From positions 6,820,001 through 6,884,000 of the forward strand of contig CATNEN010000003.1 in NCBI GenBank assembly GCA_950097015.1: DNA of 64,000 nucleotides, read 5' to 3'. The stretch is from Macrostomum hystrix (taxonomy: Eukaryota; Animalia; Platyhelminthes). Below the pieces are notes generated by a model that saw only the letters and a program-made list of their open reading frames with translations, was not told the DNA's origin and made no database searches. Numbering within the stretch: position 1 is the stretch's first letter; each line of letters opens with the position of its first letter. Of this stretch, positions 1-12,550 are shown in pieces. Both the position numbers and the translations under genes were made by a program.

Positions 1-637
1 TGCTGTTCTAGTGTTAGACAGGATGTTCTAGTGTTAGACATGCTGTTCTAGTGTTAGACAGGATGTTCTAGTGTTAGACATGCTGTTCTAGTGTTAGACA
101 GGATGTTCCAGTGTTAGACAGGATGTTCTAGTGTTAGACAGGATGTTCTAGTGTTAGACAGGATGTTCTAGTGTTAGACAGGATGTTCTAGTGTTAGACA
201 GGATGTTCTAGTGTTAGACAGGATGTTCTAGTGTTAGACAGGATGTTCTAGTGTTAGACAGGATGTTCTAGTGTTAGACAGGATGTTACAGTGTTAGACA
301 TGCTGTTCTAGTGTTAGACAGGATGTTACAGTGTTAGACATGATGTTCTAGTGTTAGACAGGATGTTCTAGTGTTAGACAGGATGTTCTAGTGTTAGACA
401 GGATGTTCTAGTGTTAGACAGGATGTTACAGTGTTAGACATGCTGTTCTAGTGTTAGACAGGATGTTCTAGTGTTAGACAGGATGTTCTAGTGTTAGACA
501 GGATGTTCTAGTGTTAGACAGGATGTTACAGTGTTAGACATGCTGTTCTAGTGTTAGACAGGATGTTCTAGTGTTAGACATGCTGTTCTAGTGTTAGACA
601 CGATGTTCCAGTGTTAGACATGCTGTTCTAGTGTTGA
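1..637. repeat. 20-bp minisatellite (GGATGTTCTAGTGTTAGACA), runs off the window start
   Basis: About 31 near-identical tandem units are directly visible. Confidence 0.97.
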
Positions 638-721
638 TGACCATGCCACCATAGACGTAACCTTCAATTGTGTCCGCCGCGCCTACTTGACCTTCAAATG
701 TACCGCCCTCTAAAACTCGCC

Positions 722-761
722 TATATAAAATCAGCCGCCGCCCATTGCTGAAGTCTCATTC
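722..761 (+). promoter_or_regulatory. Candidate TATA/Inr core promoter of the EML gene
   Basis: TATATAAA at 722-729, TCATTC at 756-761, then ATG 772 of a short exon that splices in phase to the 1778 micro-exon. Confidence 0.5.
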
Positions 762-771
762 GCTCTATAAC

Positions 772-3700
772 ATGGGCCCGCTTCAGCAAGCCAGAGTAGC
801 CAACGAAATTGACATGGCAGTTTATCGGTATACAAATCATACTACTGTTTGTTAGTAGTTAGCAAAAAGCTATTTATCCCCTTCCATTTATTATTCAGTC
901 GCTCAGATCATATAGCTTAGATGGTTCTAGCTTTATTAATTTTAATTAAAACTTAATTTTGTTTCCTTAGCTTTACAAAATCTCAAGCATTCTTTCTTAC
1001 ATGCAAATGGGGTTCGCTTTTTAATAAATTAAATTTTCTTTTGGTAATATATTCAATCATGACTTACCGCAATACGAAATGAATTTACTAGTCTATATCG
1101 CAATGATTAATACTATTACACACTGTGATACACACTGTGTTACAGACTGTGTTACAGACTGTGATACACACTGTGTTACAGACTGTGTTACAGACTTTGT
1201 TACAGACTGTGTTACACACTGTGTTACAGACTGTGTTACAGACTGTGTTACAGACTGTGTTACAGACTTTGTTACAGACTTTGTTACAGACTGTGTTACA
1301 GACTGTGTTACAGACTGTGTTACAGACTGTGTTACAGACTTTGTTACAGACTTTGTTACAGACTGTGTTACAGACTGTGTTACAGACTTTGTTACAGACT
1401 TTGTTACAGACTTTGTTACAGACTGTGTTACAGACTGTGTTACAGACTGTGTTACAGACTGTGTTACAGACTGTGTTACAGACTGTGTTACAGACTGTGT
1501 TACAGACTTTGTTACAGACTTTGTTACAGACTTTGTTACAGACTGTGTTACAGACTGTGTTACAGACTGTGTTACAGACTGTGTTACAGACTGTGTTACA
1601 GACTGTGTTACAGACTGTGTTACAGACTGTGTTACAGACTGTGTTACAGACTGTGTTACAGACTGTGTTACAGACTGTGTTACAGACAGTATTTATACCA
1701 AGATGCGCTTGTGGTTGCTTTTGAAACATTTGTTGTTGCTCAATTTTAACAATTTGCTTCTTTTTTCCCAATTTCAGCAACAAGGAACCGATTTGGGTGA
1801 AGGGTGAGAGAAACTATTTGATTTTGTCCTTTGTTATTTTAGAAAAATGCTAGACTTTTATGTACAATCAATGCACTTTTGTACATTGCACTTTAGAATA
1901 CTAAAAGTACAATAGATTTGCACTTTACCCAACTACTCCACTCGCACTTTTGTCGCTCCCCTGCTTAATAATCATTTCAGACTTCAATAAACTCGAAAGT
2001 AAGAATACTTTTATCTAGTCTTTATCATCAAGCAACTGTATTTTACTAACACGGAGGGTGAAATTTTTGTGTCTTTTATCTAATTTTCTTCAGCAATTGA
2101 GGGCAAGCGAGACTTTGTTAATCGTCTAACAGGTAAATTATGTTTGTTGTAAAACATGCTTGTTGAGATTGCAAAGCATGAGCTGGATGGTACACACCCT
2201 CAGGATCAATAGGAATTTTCTGGAAGTGGTCACTGAACGTTGAGGAGTAGGTCACTGAAGGTTCAGGAGTAGGTTACTGAAGGTTCAGGAGTAGGTCACT
2301 GAAGGTTCAGGAGTAGGTCACTGAAGGTTCAGGAGCAGGTCACTGAAGGTTCAGGAGTCGGTCACTGAAGGTTCAGGAGCAGGTCACTGAAGGTTCAGGA
2401 GTAGGTCACTGAAGGTTCAGGAGTAGGTCACTGAAGGTTCAGGAGTAGGTCACTAAAGATTTGGCAGGTAAAAATGCTGATTGTGTTAGTTAAAATGTGA
2501 CTAATGCTTTCTTGACATGCTTTTTTTGTCTAATTGTGCATGGCAGCTTTTATCTGCGAAAATCTGTGCAATGCTTTTTTCAAGATTTTAAATTGCGCTT
2601 TTTACACCTAAGAAAAGTTGTACAAACTCTTTAATCTGCTGCGCATGTTTTCGAAGTTTTAATATGTTGAGCTTTCCTGGTGTCCTGAGGAAAATTAACC
2701 GATTTGTCAATGAAGCTTTCAATACTGTTCTTATTTTCCTTGCGTAAGCGAACCATTGACTTTGACTTGCCATTCCTATTTTACTACCCTTTCTTCCCCT
2801 CCTCTCTTCTCCTCTCCTCCCCTCTTGCAACTGAAGGTCACTGACGGTTGAATACCATCTTTTCCTCTCTTCCCCTCTCTTCCCCTTTCTTCCCCCCTCT
2901 TCCCCTGTGTTCCCCTCTCTTCCCCTCTCTTCCCCTTTCTTCCCCTCTCTTCCCCTCTCTTCCCCTTTCTTCCCCTCTCTTCCCCTGTCTTCCCCTCTCT
3001 TTCCCTGTCTTCCCCTCTCTTCCCCTTTCTTCCCCTCTCTTCCCCTTTCTTCCCCTCTCTTCCCCTCTCTTCTCCCGTGTTCCCCTCTCTTTCCCTGTCT
3101 TCCCCTTTCTTCCCCTCTCTTCTCCCGTGTTCCCCTCTCTTTACCTGTCTTCCCCTTTCTTCCCCTCTCTTCCCCTCTCTTCCCCTCTCTTCCCCTCTCT
3201 TCCCCTCTCTTCCCCTCTCTTCCCCTGTCTTCCCCTCTCTTTCCCTGTCTTCCCCTTTCTTCCCCTCTCTTCCCCTCTCTTCCCCTTTCTTCCCCTCTCT
3301 TCCCCTTTCTTCCCCTGTCTTCTCCATTCTTCCCCTCTCTTCCCTTCTCTTCTACAAAGTGCAAATAAAGTGGGAATCTATCAATTGAGTTGCATCCTCC
3401 CCAATCCTTCCCGATTCTCTCCACCCAGAGGAGGGCATCCTTCGCATCTACATGCGGGGCCGTGCTGTGAATCTCTATGCCCCCAGCGACCTGAGCGATC
3501 AGCTGACTAATGGCCCGGGCGGAATTAAAGAGGTCGGGGAGGCGCCCAACTCGAAGCTGAAGCTGGAGTGGGTGTACGGGTACAGAGGGCGAGACTGCAG
3601 GTGCAACCTGTACCACCTGCCAACCGGCGAGCTGGTGTACTTTGTAGCCAGCGTTGTTGTGCTGCACAATATCGAAGAGGGCACCCAGCGGCACTATTTG

Positions 3701-6700
3701 GGCCACAACGACGATGTGAAATGCTTTGCCGTGCACCCCGATCGGGTTACTATGGCAACTGGACAGGTGGCCGGGCACGACAAGAGGCAGGGCAAGGTGA
3801 GTTCTGAAATAGGGATAAAAAAATCCAAAAAAAGATTCTTACTAATTGATTACACCTGTCCCAATCGGCTATTGCCCGGCGCATCTGAAGGCTGCGTTCG
3901 GCTGTTCAGTCCATGGACTGCGGGGACGCCACACCCACCCCCAGCCAATGCTGGTACCCATTTGTCGTTGTGGGATATTGTGGGGGGATAAAAATCCCAA
4001 TTTGAGGACTCTAGATAGTGGAGGGATGAAAATCCCAATTGAGGACTCTAGATAGTGGTGGGATAAAAATCCCAATTTGAGGATTCTAGATCGAGGCGGG
4101 ATGAAAATCCATATTTCAGGGTTCTAGATCGAGGTGGAATAAAATTTCCAATTTGAAGCTCTCGATTGAGATGGGACAAAAGTCCCAATATAACGATCTC
4201 AACTTCGGGATCGATATTACATCGACTTGGAACTTTTTCATAACCTCAACACTGCTCAATCATCTGAGCAGCCCCACGTTCGCATCTGGAGCAGCGTCGA
4301 CCTGAGCACCCTCCACGTTCTTGGCCTCGGCGACTTCGACCGGGCTGTCAGCTGCCTGGCATTCAGCAGGGCCGACGGTGGCGTCCATCTTTGCGTCATT
4401 GACGACGCCAACGAGCACAACATATCGGTGTGGGACTGGCGGCGCGGGCACAAACTCACAGAGACCAAGACCTCAACTGAGCCTGTGCTGGCTTGCGAGT
4501 GTCACCCATTGGATGCTGGGGTCTTTGTCACCTGCGGCAAAAACCAGCTGGCCTTCTGGACTCTGGAGGGCTGCCAGCTCACTCGGAAGAATGGAATCTA
4601 CGATGTGAGCATGCTATTAGAGCATTGTGGGATAAATCTCCTATTATCATTTTCACAATTCCCCATCCTGATTCCCATCATTCCCAAATTGATTCCCATT
4701 CCCATTCCCATCCCCATTCCCAATTCCATTTCCCTTCCCATTCCCATTCCCAATCCCATCCCCATTCCCATTCCCATCCCCATTCCCATTCCCATCCCCA
4801 TTCCCAATTCCATTTCCCTTCCCATTCCCATCCCCATTCCCATTCCCATTCCCATCCCCATTCCCATTCCCATTCCCGTCCCCATTCCCATTCCCATCCC
4901 CATTCCCAATTCCATTTCCCTTCCCATTCCCATTCCCATTCCCATCCCCATTCCCATTCCCATCCCCATTCCCATTCCCATTCCCATTCCCATTCCCATC
5001 CCAATTTCCCTTCCCATTCCCATCCCCATTCCCATTTCCATTTCCATCCCCATTTCCCTTCGCATTCCCATCCCCATTTCCATTTCCATCCCCATTCCCA
5101 ATTCCATTTCCATCCCCATTCCCAATTCCATTTCCCTTCCTATTCCCATTCCCGTCCCCATCCCCATTCCCATTCCCATTCCCATCCCCACCCCACTCCC
5201 ATGCCCATTCCCATTTCCATTCCCATTTCCTTTTCCCATTTCCGTTCCCATTCCGATTCCCGTTATCATACCGTCTTCAAATTCGAATTTTTATCCTTTA
5301 AAGAAATCCCCGTGCATTTCAAATCCCTAATCCCATTTCAAACGCATCCCCAGAAGCACGAGAAGCCGAAGTTTGTCCTGTGCCTGGCGTTCGCCCAGAA
5401 CGGCGACCTGCTCACAGGTGACTCAAACGGCAGCATCATGGTGTGGCCCCGGGGCAGCAATCGGGTTGGTCACGCTGTGACTGCGGCTCACGATGGCGGA
5501 ATATTCAGCCTGTGCGCCATGAAAGACGACAAGCTGGTTTCCGGGGGTCGGGACCGCCGCCTGGTACAGTGGGATTCGGCCTACAATCGCACGGGTGCTG
5601 AGGCTGTGGTAGCCGAGCAGTACGGCCCGATTCGAACTCTGGCTCAGGTAGGGCGTGTTTATGCGTGTACTTTTTTGATATCCTTAACAGCTGTTCAGTC
5701 CGCGGACTAGGTAGGACCCACTGGCACCCATTTTACAGCTGACACGATTTTTTTTCTTTAAGCTGGGATTCGAACTCCCGACCTCTCTCGGACAGAATTT
5801 CGGCCTGCTAGAACAATTTTACTTTTATTTTTAGTGCATGAGCACTGGAAAAGTACGGAAATTTTCGGAAAATTAAAGTGCAACTTCAAATAAAATATTT
5901 AAAATGTTTAAAAAGTACTTTTAAATTGCTTTTAGTATTTTGTCTTGTAGAGGCTTGTAGCCTTGTGGTTAAAGCATCGGTCTCACGACTTGAAGGTCGG
6001 GGGTTCGATTCCCGACTATTTGTCCTTCAGCGAGACACTTGACTTTGCATTGCTTTAGTTCAACCAGCTCTTTTAAATGGGTGCCAGCATTAGCTGGGAT
6101 AATTGACGGTGGGTGTGGCGTCCCCCCAGTCCATGGACTGAACAGCCGTACGCGACTTTCAGACTCGTAATAAATGAGTAATAAATGAGTAATAAATGAG
6201 TAATAAATGAGTAATAAATGAGTAATAAATGAGTAATAAATGAGTAATAAATGAGTAATAAATGAGTAATAAATGAGTAATAAATGAGTAATAAATGAGT
6301 AATAAATGAGTAATAAATGAGTAATTAATGAGTAATAAATGAGTAATAAATGAGTAATAAATGAGTAATTAATGAGTAATAAATGAGTAATAAATGAGTA
6401 ATAAATGAGTCTCTACAATGGCTGCAATCGCTGTTTTCAGGGTCCCGGCAATGCTCTGCTAGTTGGCACCACTCGCAACTGCATCCTTCAGGGCGCCATG
6501 GACCTGGCTGGCTCGCTTTCTCCCATCGTGTCCGGTCACTCCGACGAGCTCTGGGGCCTGGCCTGTCATCCCAGCCAGCTGCAGTTCGCCACGGCGGGTA
6601 GCGATCGCCTGGTTGCAGTCTGGGACGCCCTGACCAGACAGATTGTCTGGTCTAAGGAGATTAGCGACTCTGGGCATTGTCTGGCGTTTCATCGAAGCGG

Positions 6701-8969
6701 TGAAACCCTGGCTATTGGCTGCCACAATGGCCGCTGGTACGTGCTGGACGCGCTTAGGCGAGGCGAAATCGCTGCCGTGCATACGGACGGCGCAGAGCAG
6801 ATTGAATGTCTGGAATTCTCACCGGGTGAGGCTGATCTGTTGGTTTCGTGCAGAATGATAAATAGACAAAAATACAGCTGCTCGTAGATAGACAGCTTGA
6901 TAGACAGGTAGATTGGCAGATGGATAGGCATATGGAAAGTTAGATAGATAGATAAATGGACTAATAGACAGGCGGATAGGTAGGTAGATAGACAGGTAGA
7001 TAGACAGGTAGGTAGACATGTAGGTAGACAGGTAGGCAGACAGGTAGGTAGACAGGTAGGCAGACAGGTAGGTAGACAGGTAGGTAGACAGGTTGGTAGA
7101 CAGGTAGGTAGACAGGTAGGTAGACAGGTAGAAAGACTGGTAGGTGGACAGGTAGAAAGACTGGTAGGTGGACAGGTAGATAGATACATAGGTATAGAGA
7201 CAGGTAGATAGACAGGTAGATAGGTAGATAGACAGGTAGACAGTTAGATAGACGGGTAGATAGGTAGGTAGATAGACGGGTAGATAAACAGGTAGACAGG
7301 TAGATAGACAGGTAGACAGGTAGATAGATAAGTGGATAGGTAGATAGACAAGCAGATAGAAAGGTAGATATACAGAAAAACAAACAGGTAGATAGAAAGG
7401 TAGATAAATCAACAGTCAGACAGCTGTCCATTAGTGTGTTGAACAAAACACGGCCAAATCGGTTACCGCCGCCTACCAGACGGCTCGATGCTGGCCCTTG
7501 GCTCCCGCGACAACAGCATCTGCGTGTACGCCTGCACCGAGTCCGGCCGGAAGTACTCTCGCATTGGTCGCTGCTGCGGCCACTCATCATTCATCACCCA
7601 CCTGGACTGGTCCGCGGACAGTGTCCACCTGCGCTCAAATTCTGGTGATTATGAACTGCTGTTTTGGACTGCGGCCAATTGTAGACAGGTGAGGCTTTTG
7701 AGCAGTTTGCTTGTGAGCAGTGTTTGCCACTTCTCTAAAAATGGCACATGAAATCTGGACGCGACAGATGATATATAGATTTAAGTGTCACTATTAAATT
7801 CTGAGAATCTTTACACATCATTTAATAGTGTCTGATCTAAATTAATACTCTAAACTATCTAAACAATGGCACCAAACCTAAAAAATGACACTAAACCTAA
7901 AAAATGACACTAAACCTAAAAAAATGACACTAACCTAAAAAATGACACTAACCTAAAAAATGACACTAAACCTAAAAAATGACACTAAACCTAAAAAATG
8001 ACACTAAACCTAAAAAATGACACTAAACCTAAAAAATGACACTAACCTAAAAAGTAGCACTAAACCTAAAAAAGGCACTAAACCTACAAAAGATACCAAA
8101 CCAAAAAGTGACATAAACAAAAAATGACACCTAAACTAAAAATCGCACTGAAGCCAAAACATTAGCACTAAAACCTAAAAAAGACATCAAAACCTAAAAA
8201 TGACACCAAAAATGACATCTAACCAAAAAATGGCACCAAACCTAAAAAGTGACACCAAACCTAAAAAGTGACACTAAACCTGAAAAATGTCACTAAACCT
8301 AAAAAATGACACTAAACCTGAAAAATGACACTAAACCTGAAAAATGACACTAAACCTGAAAATGACGCTCAAAACCTAAAAAAGGACACTAAAAAGACAC
8401 TAAACCTTAAAAAATGACATCAAACCTTAAAAGTGACAGGAAACCAAAAATGTAAATAACTAAACTAAAAATGGCACTGAAGCCAAAACGATACTAAACC
8501 TTAAAAAAAGACAGCAAAAACTAAAAATGACACCAAAAAATGACATCAAACCTAAAAAATGGCATCAAACACCTAAAAAGGCGCGGAAACCTTAAAAGTG
8601 AAATTAAAAAAGCTAAAACTCGAGCCAATTATTCCCCAGGTCGGGTCGCCGTCCAGTCTGCGCGACACCGACTGGGCCAGTCAGCGCTGCGCCATCAGCT
8701 TCGCCACCGCCGGCGTCTGGCCGGAAGGCGCCGATGGCACGGACGTCAACGCCAGCGATCGCAGCAGCGACCGTCAACTGGTTGCCACTGGCGATGACTT
8801 CGGCCAGGTCTGCCTCTACAAATATCCCTGCTTCCAGCCGCGCTCGAGGGGCCACGCCGCCACAGGCCACTCAAGTCATGTGACCAATGTGCGCTTCCTT
8901 TGCGACAACTCCCGGCTGCTGTCAGCTGGCGGCAAGGACACGGCCGTGCTTCAGTGGGAAATCGCCTAG
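772..8969 (+). CDS. EML: Echinoderm microtubule-associated protein-like (EMAP/EML; HELP + WD40 repeats), ~666 aa
   Basis: GT-AG exons in consistent phase: 772-827 (tentative), 1778-1803, 3429-3796, 4272-4604, 5354-5647, 6441-6825, 7480-7688, 8640-8969 (sum 2001 nt). Motifs: KEPIWVKEEGILRIYMRGR, LKLEWVYGYRGRDCRCNL (HELP), GHSSFITHLDWS, GVWPEGADGTDVNA, GHSSHVTNVRF. Confidence 0.95.
1113..1688. repeat. 12-bp minisatellite (TGTTACAGACTG/TT), EML intron 1
   Basis: Direct tandem units; explains the VTDC/VCNT/VLQT pseudo-ORFs. Confidence 0.97.
2229..2455. repeat. 22-bp minisatellite (GTAGGTCACTGAAGGTTCAGGA)
   Basis: About 10 tandem units. Confidence 0.93.
2862..3350. repeat. 10-bp polypyrimidine minisatellite (TCCCCTCTCT)
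   Basis: Tandem units upstream of the 3429 acceptor. Confidence 0.95.
3891..3963 (-). mobile_element. SINE 3' fragment, antisense to the 5951 copy
   Basis: GCTGTTCAGTCCATGGACTG..GGGGACGCCACACCCACC..ATGCTGGTACCCATTT is the reverse complement of 6076-6150. Confidence 0.75.
4660..5260. repeat. (CCCATT)n hexamer array, EML intron
   Basis: Explains the PI/HS/MG/WE pseudo-ORFs. Confidence 0.95.
5690..5790 (-). mobile_element. Degenerate antisense SINE fragment
   Basis: GCTGTTCAGTCCGCGGACT, GGCACCCATTTTACAGCTG and an antisense B-box GGGATTCGAAC match the 5951 element reversed. Confidence 0.55.
5951..6167 (+). mobile_element. tRNA-derived SINE
   Basis: Pol III A-box (TAGCCTTGTGG) and B-box (GGTTCGATTCC 6002-6012) head; central CCAGCT..AAATGGGTGCC block; 14-bp palindrome CAGTCCATGGACTG; further copies at 3891, 5690 and 51780-51997. 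Confidence 0.75.
6169..6410. repeat. 11-bp minisatellite (AATAAATGAGT) x22 at the SINE tail
   Basis: 242 bp = 22 units. Confidence 0.97.
6886..7410. repeat. Compound GATA/GACA/GGTA tetranucleotide array
   Basis: Directly visible; EML intron. Confidence 0.9.
7865..8600. repeat. Degenerate ~19-20-bp minisatellite (AAAAAATGACACTAAACCT)
   Basis: Tandem units; last EML intron. Confidence 0.9.
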
Positions 8970-10379
8970 GCTTTCCTCCTATTGGCTGGGCGGACTTTCG
9001 ACTGTTTGCGCGTGCCTTGTAGCTATTTTTAGTAACACGGAGGACTGGGGATTCCCCCCGGCCGCTTACCAGCGTGATTGCTTAAGCGGAGGTTATTTTT
9101 AGCATAAAATACTAAGCTGACTGGCATTCGAGAATTGTGGCAATGACAACCCCTTCGGGACCACCCTTCAGAACAACCCTTCAGGACCACCATTCAGGAC
9201 AACCCTTCAGGACAACCCTTCAGGACAACCCTATTTAGGTTTGTTACTCTGAACTTTGAACCGGAACTTTGAACTTCTTAGTTGCATCGCGAATTACTTA
9301 TCAAACTAAAATTAACACCATATCATATTGTGCGTTTTTTTTCTAAATTAGTGAATGCAACACAACGTTTTTATATTTCCCTAACTCGGAAGGTGTTGGT
9401 CAATATCCATATTTATATATTGTTTTTCAAGCCTTTTTTATCTCGAAAAAAAAAAAATAATCTATATAAATCGCGTAAAAGTTACTTATAGTAGAGCGTT
9501 GTGTTTTTTAGGTTTTAGGTTAGTTTTTTTAAAGTATTTAAAAGCGTATTAGTTCTATTTTCTAAAGCCCTCTTAGGGCCTGTTCGATGTTTTTTCTTCT
9601 CTAAATGCCAATTTTACTCGGAAATATTATATATTTTACGCACTTCATTGTTAACGATTGATTAACAGCCACAGTCAAAGTGTTTTTTTGCAATCTTCCA
9701 ATTTTAGTCTCAAGAAGCTCAGTCTTAACTCTCTTCCGTGCTTTTTATTGGCTATATTTTTGTGGTATTCGGTTTTTTCTACTCATTTCCGCTAATAATT
9801 TCGTTGTCTAACTGTACTACACTACTCATCAGCCTGGATAGTAGTATTTTTGGCGTTTCTATTTTATATCTATTGCACCGCAGCTGATTTTCGACTAGTT
9901 TTCGATTTGAACTTTTTTCAAGTTCGATTGATATTAGGACCCGAGCCTTTTGTTCCAATAGTGTTTACCTTTCGTTAATAGTTCGCTTAGCTGACACGTA
10001 TTTGTTGTATACACTACTAATAGTAGTGCAACTAACAGCTCTCAAATTATGATTTAGCTCGTCGAAACTCACTCTCTTCTTTTTCCTCTTGCAAATAGTT
10101 TTTTTTTATTTTCGATGCAATATTTGTTCCCTAATTGACAAAAATTGTTGGATTGGATAAAAAGTGGGCAAAATAAAATCGTTTTTCTTAATTTTTAATT
10201 TAGTCAATAATTCCGCTTTTGAAAATAGGACACATTTTTCACGTATTTAAATTAGCTCTTATTTTTCAGCGTTGCAGATGTCAGTAAACCGTGTTGTGAG
10301 GAGCTCAATGGTCAAGGGTAGAGTTATGGGAGAGCGAGAAAGGTTGAGGCAGAAGAGAATAAGGAGAAAAGAAAATACG

Positions 10380-12550
10380 AAGGGAAGAGAGGGAAGAATG
10401 AAGGTGAGAGAGGGAGGAATGAAGGTGAGACAGGGAGGAATGAAGGTGAGAGAGGGTAGAACGAAAGGGAGAGAGGGAAGAATGAAGGGGAGAGAGGGAA
10501 AAATGAAGGGGAGAGAGGGAAGAATGAAGGGAGAGAGGGAAGAATGAAGGGGAGAGAGGGAAGAATGAAGGGAGAGAGGGAAGAATGAAGGGGAGAGAGG
10601 GAAAAATGAAGGGGAGAGAGGGAAGAATGAAGGGGAGAGAGGGAAGAATGAAGGGAGAGAGGGAAGAATGAAGGTGAGAGAGGGAAGAATGAAGGGAGAG
10701 AGGGAAGAATGAAGGGAGAGAGGGAAGAATGAAGGGAGAGAGGGAAGAATGAAGGGAGAGAGGGAAGAATGAAGGGGAGAGAGGGAAGAATGAAGGGGAG
10801 AGAGGGAAGAATGAAGGGGAGAGAGGAAAGAACGAAAGGGAGAGAGGGAAGAATGAAGGTGAGAGAGGGAAGAATGAAGGTGAGAGAGGGAAGAATGAAG
10901 GGAGAGAGGGAAGAATGAAGGGGAGAGAGGGAAGAATGAAGGGGAGAGGGTAGAATGAAGGGGAGAGAGGGAAGAATGAAGGGGAGAGAGGGAAGAATGA
11001 AGGGAGAGAGGGAAGAATGAAGGGGAGAGAGGGAAGAATGAAGGGGGAGAGGGTAGAATGAAGGGGAGAGAGGGAAGAATGAAGGGGAGAGAGGGAAGAA
11101 TGAAGGGAGAGAGGGAAGAATGAAGGGAGAGAGGGAAGAATGAAGGTGAGAGAGGGAAGAATGAAGGGGAGAGAGGGAAGAATGAAGGGGAGAGAGGGAA
11201 GAATGAAGGTGAGAGAGGGAAGAATGAAGGGAGAGAGGGAAGAATAAGGGGGAGAGAGGGAAGAATGAAGGGGAGAGAGGGAAGAATGAAGGGGAGAGAG
11301 GGAAGAATGAAGGGGAGAGAGGGAAGAATGAAGGGAGAGAGGGAAGAATGAAGGGAGAGAGGGAAGAATGAAGGGAGAGAGGGAAGAATGAAGGGAGAGA
11401 GGGAAGAATGAAGGGAGAGAGGGAAGAATGAAGGGGAGAGAGGGAAGAATGAAGGGGAGAGAGGGAAGAATGAAGGGGAGAGAGGAAAGAACGAAAGGGA
11501 GAGAGGGAAGAATGAAGGTGAGAGAGGGAAGAATGAAGGTGAGAGAGGGAAGAATGAAGGGAGAGAGGGAAGAATGAAGGGGAGAGAGGGAAGAATGAAG
11601 GGGAGAGGGTAGAATGAAGGGGAGAGAGGGAAGAATGAAGGGGAGAGAGGGAAGAATGAAGGGAGAGAGGGAAGAATGAAGGGGAGAGAGGGAAGAATGA
11701 AGGGGGAGAGGGTAGAATGAAGGGGAGAGAGGGAAGAATGAAGGGGAGAGAGGGAAGAATGAAGGGAGAGAGGGAAGAATGAAGGGAGAGAGGGAAGAAT
11801 GAAGGTGAGAGAGGGAAGAATGAAGGGGAGAGAGGGAAGAATGAAGGGGAGAGAGGGAAGAATGAAGGGAGAGAGGGAAGAATGAAGGGGAGAGAGGGAA
11901 GAATGAAGGGGGAGAGGGTAGAATGAAGGGGAGAGAGGGAAGAATGAAGGGGAGAGAGGGAAGAATGAAGGGAGAGAGGGAAGAATGAAGGGAGAGAGGG
12001 AAGAATGAAGGTGAGAGAGGGAAGAATGAAGGGGAGAGAGGGAAGAATGAAGGGGAGAGAGGGAAGAATGAAGGGAGAGAGGGAAGAATGAAGGGAGAGA
12101 GGGAAGAAAGAAGGGAGAGAGGGAAGAATGAAGGGGAGAGAGGGAAGAATGAAGGGGAGAGAGGGAAGAATGAAGGGGAGAGAGGGAAGAATGAAGGGGA
12201 GAGAGGGAAGAATGAAGGGGGAGAGGGAAGAATGAAGGGAGAGAGGGTAGAATGAAGGGGGAGAGGGAAGAATGAAGGGGAGAGAGGGAAGAATGAAGGG
12301 GAGAGAGGGAAGAATGAAGGGAGAGAGGGAAGAATGAAGGGAGAGAGGGAAGAATGAAGGGAGAGAGGGAAGAATGAAGGGAGAGAGGGAAGAATGAAGG
12401 GGAGAGAGGGAAGAATGAAGGGAGAGAGGGAAGAATGAAGGGGAGAGAGGGAAGAATGAAGGGAGAGAGGGAAGAATGAAGGGGAGAGAGGGAAGAATGA
12501 AGGGGGAGAGGGTAGAATGAAGGGGAGAGAGGGAAAAATGAAGGGAAGAG
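10380..12550. repeat. 20/21-bp polypurine minisatellite (GAGAGAGGGAAGAATGAAGG[G])
   Basis: About 105 units, intergenic between the convergent EML and bZIP genes. Confidence 0.97.

Noticed and set aside
4660-5260. Interstitial telomere
   Set aside because: The unit is CCCATT, not CCCTAA.
5951-6020. Possible tRNA gene
   Set aside because: Acceptor stem does not pair, there is no oligo-T terminator, and it continues into a body found in dispersed copies, so it is a SINE head.
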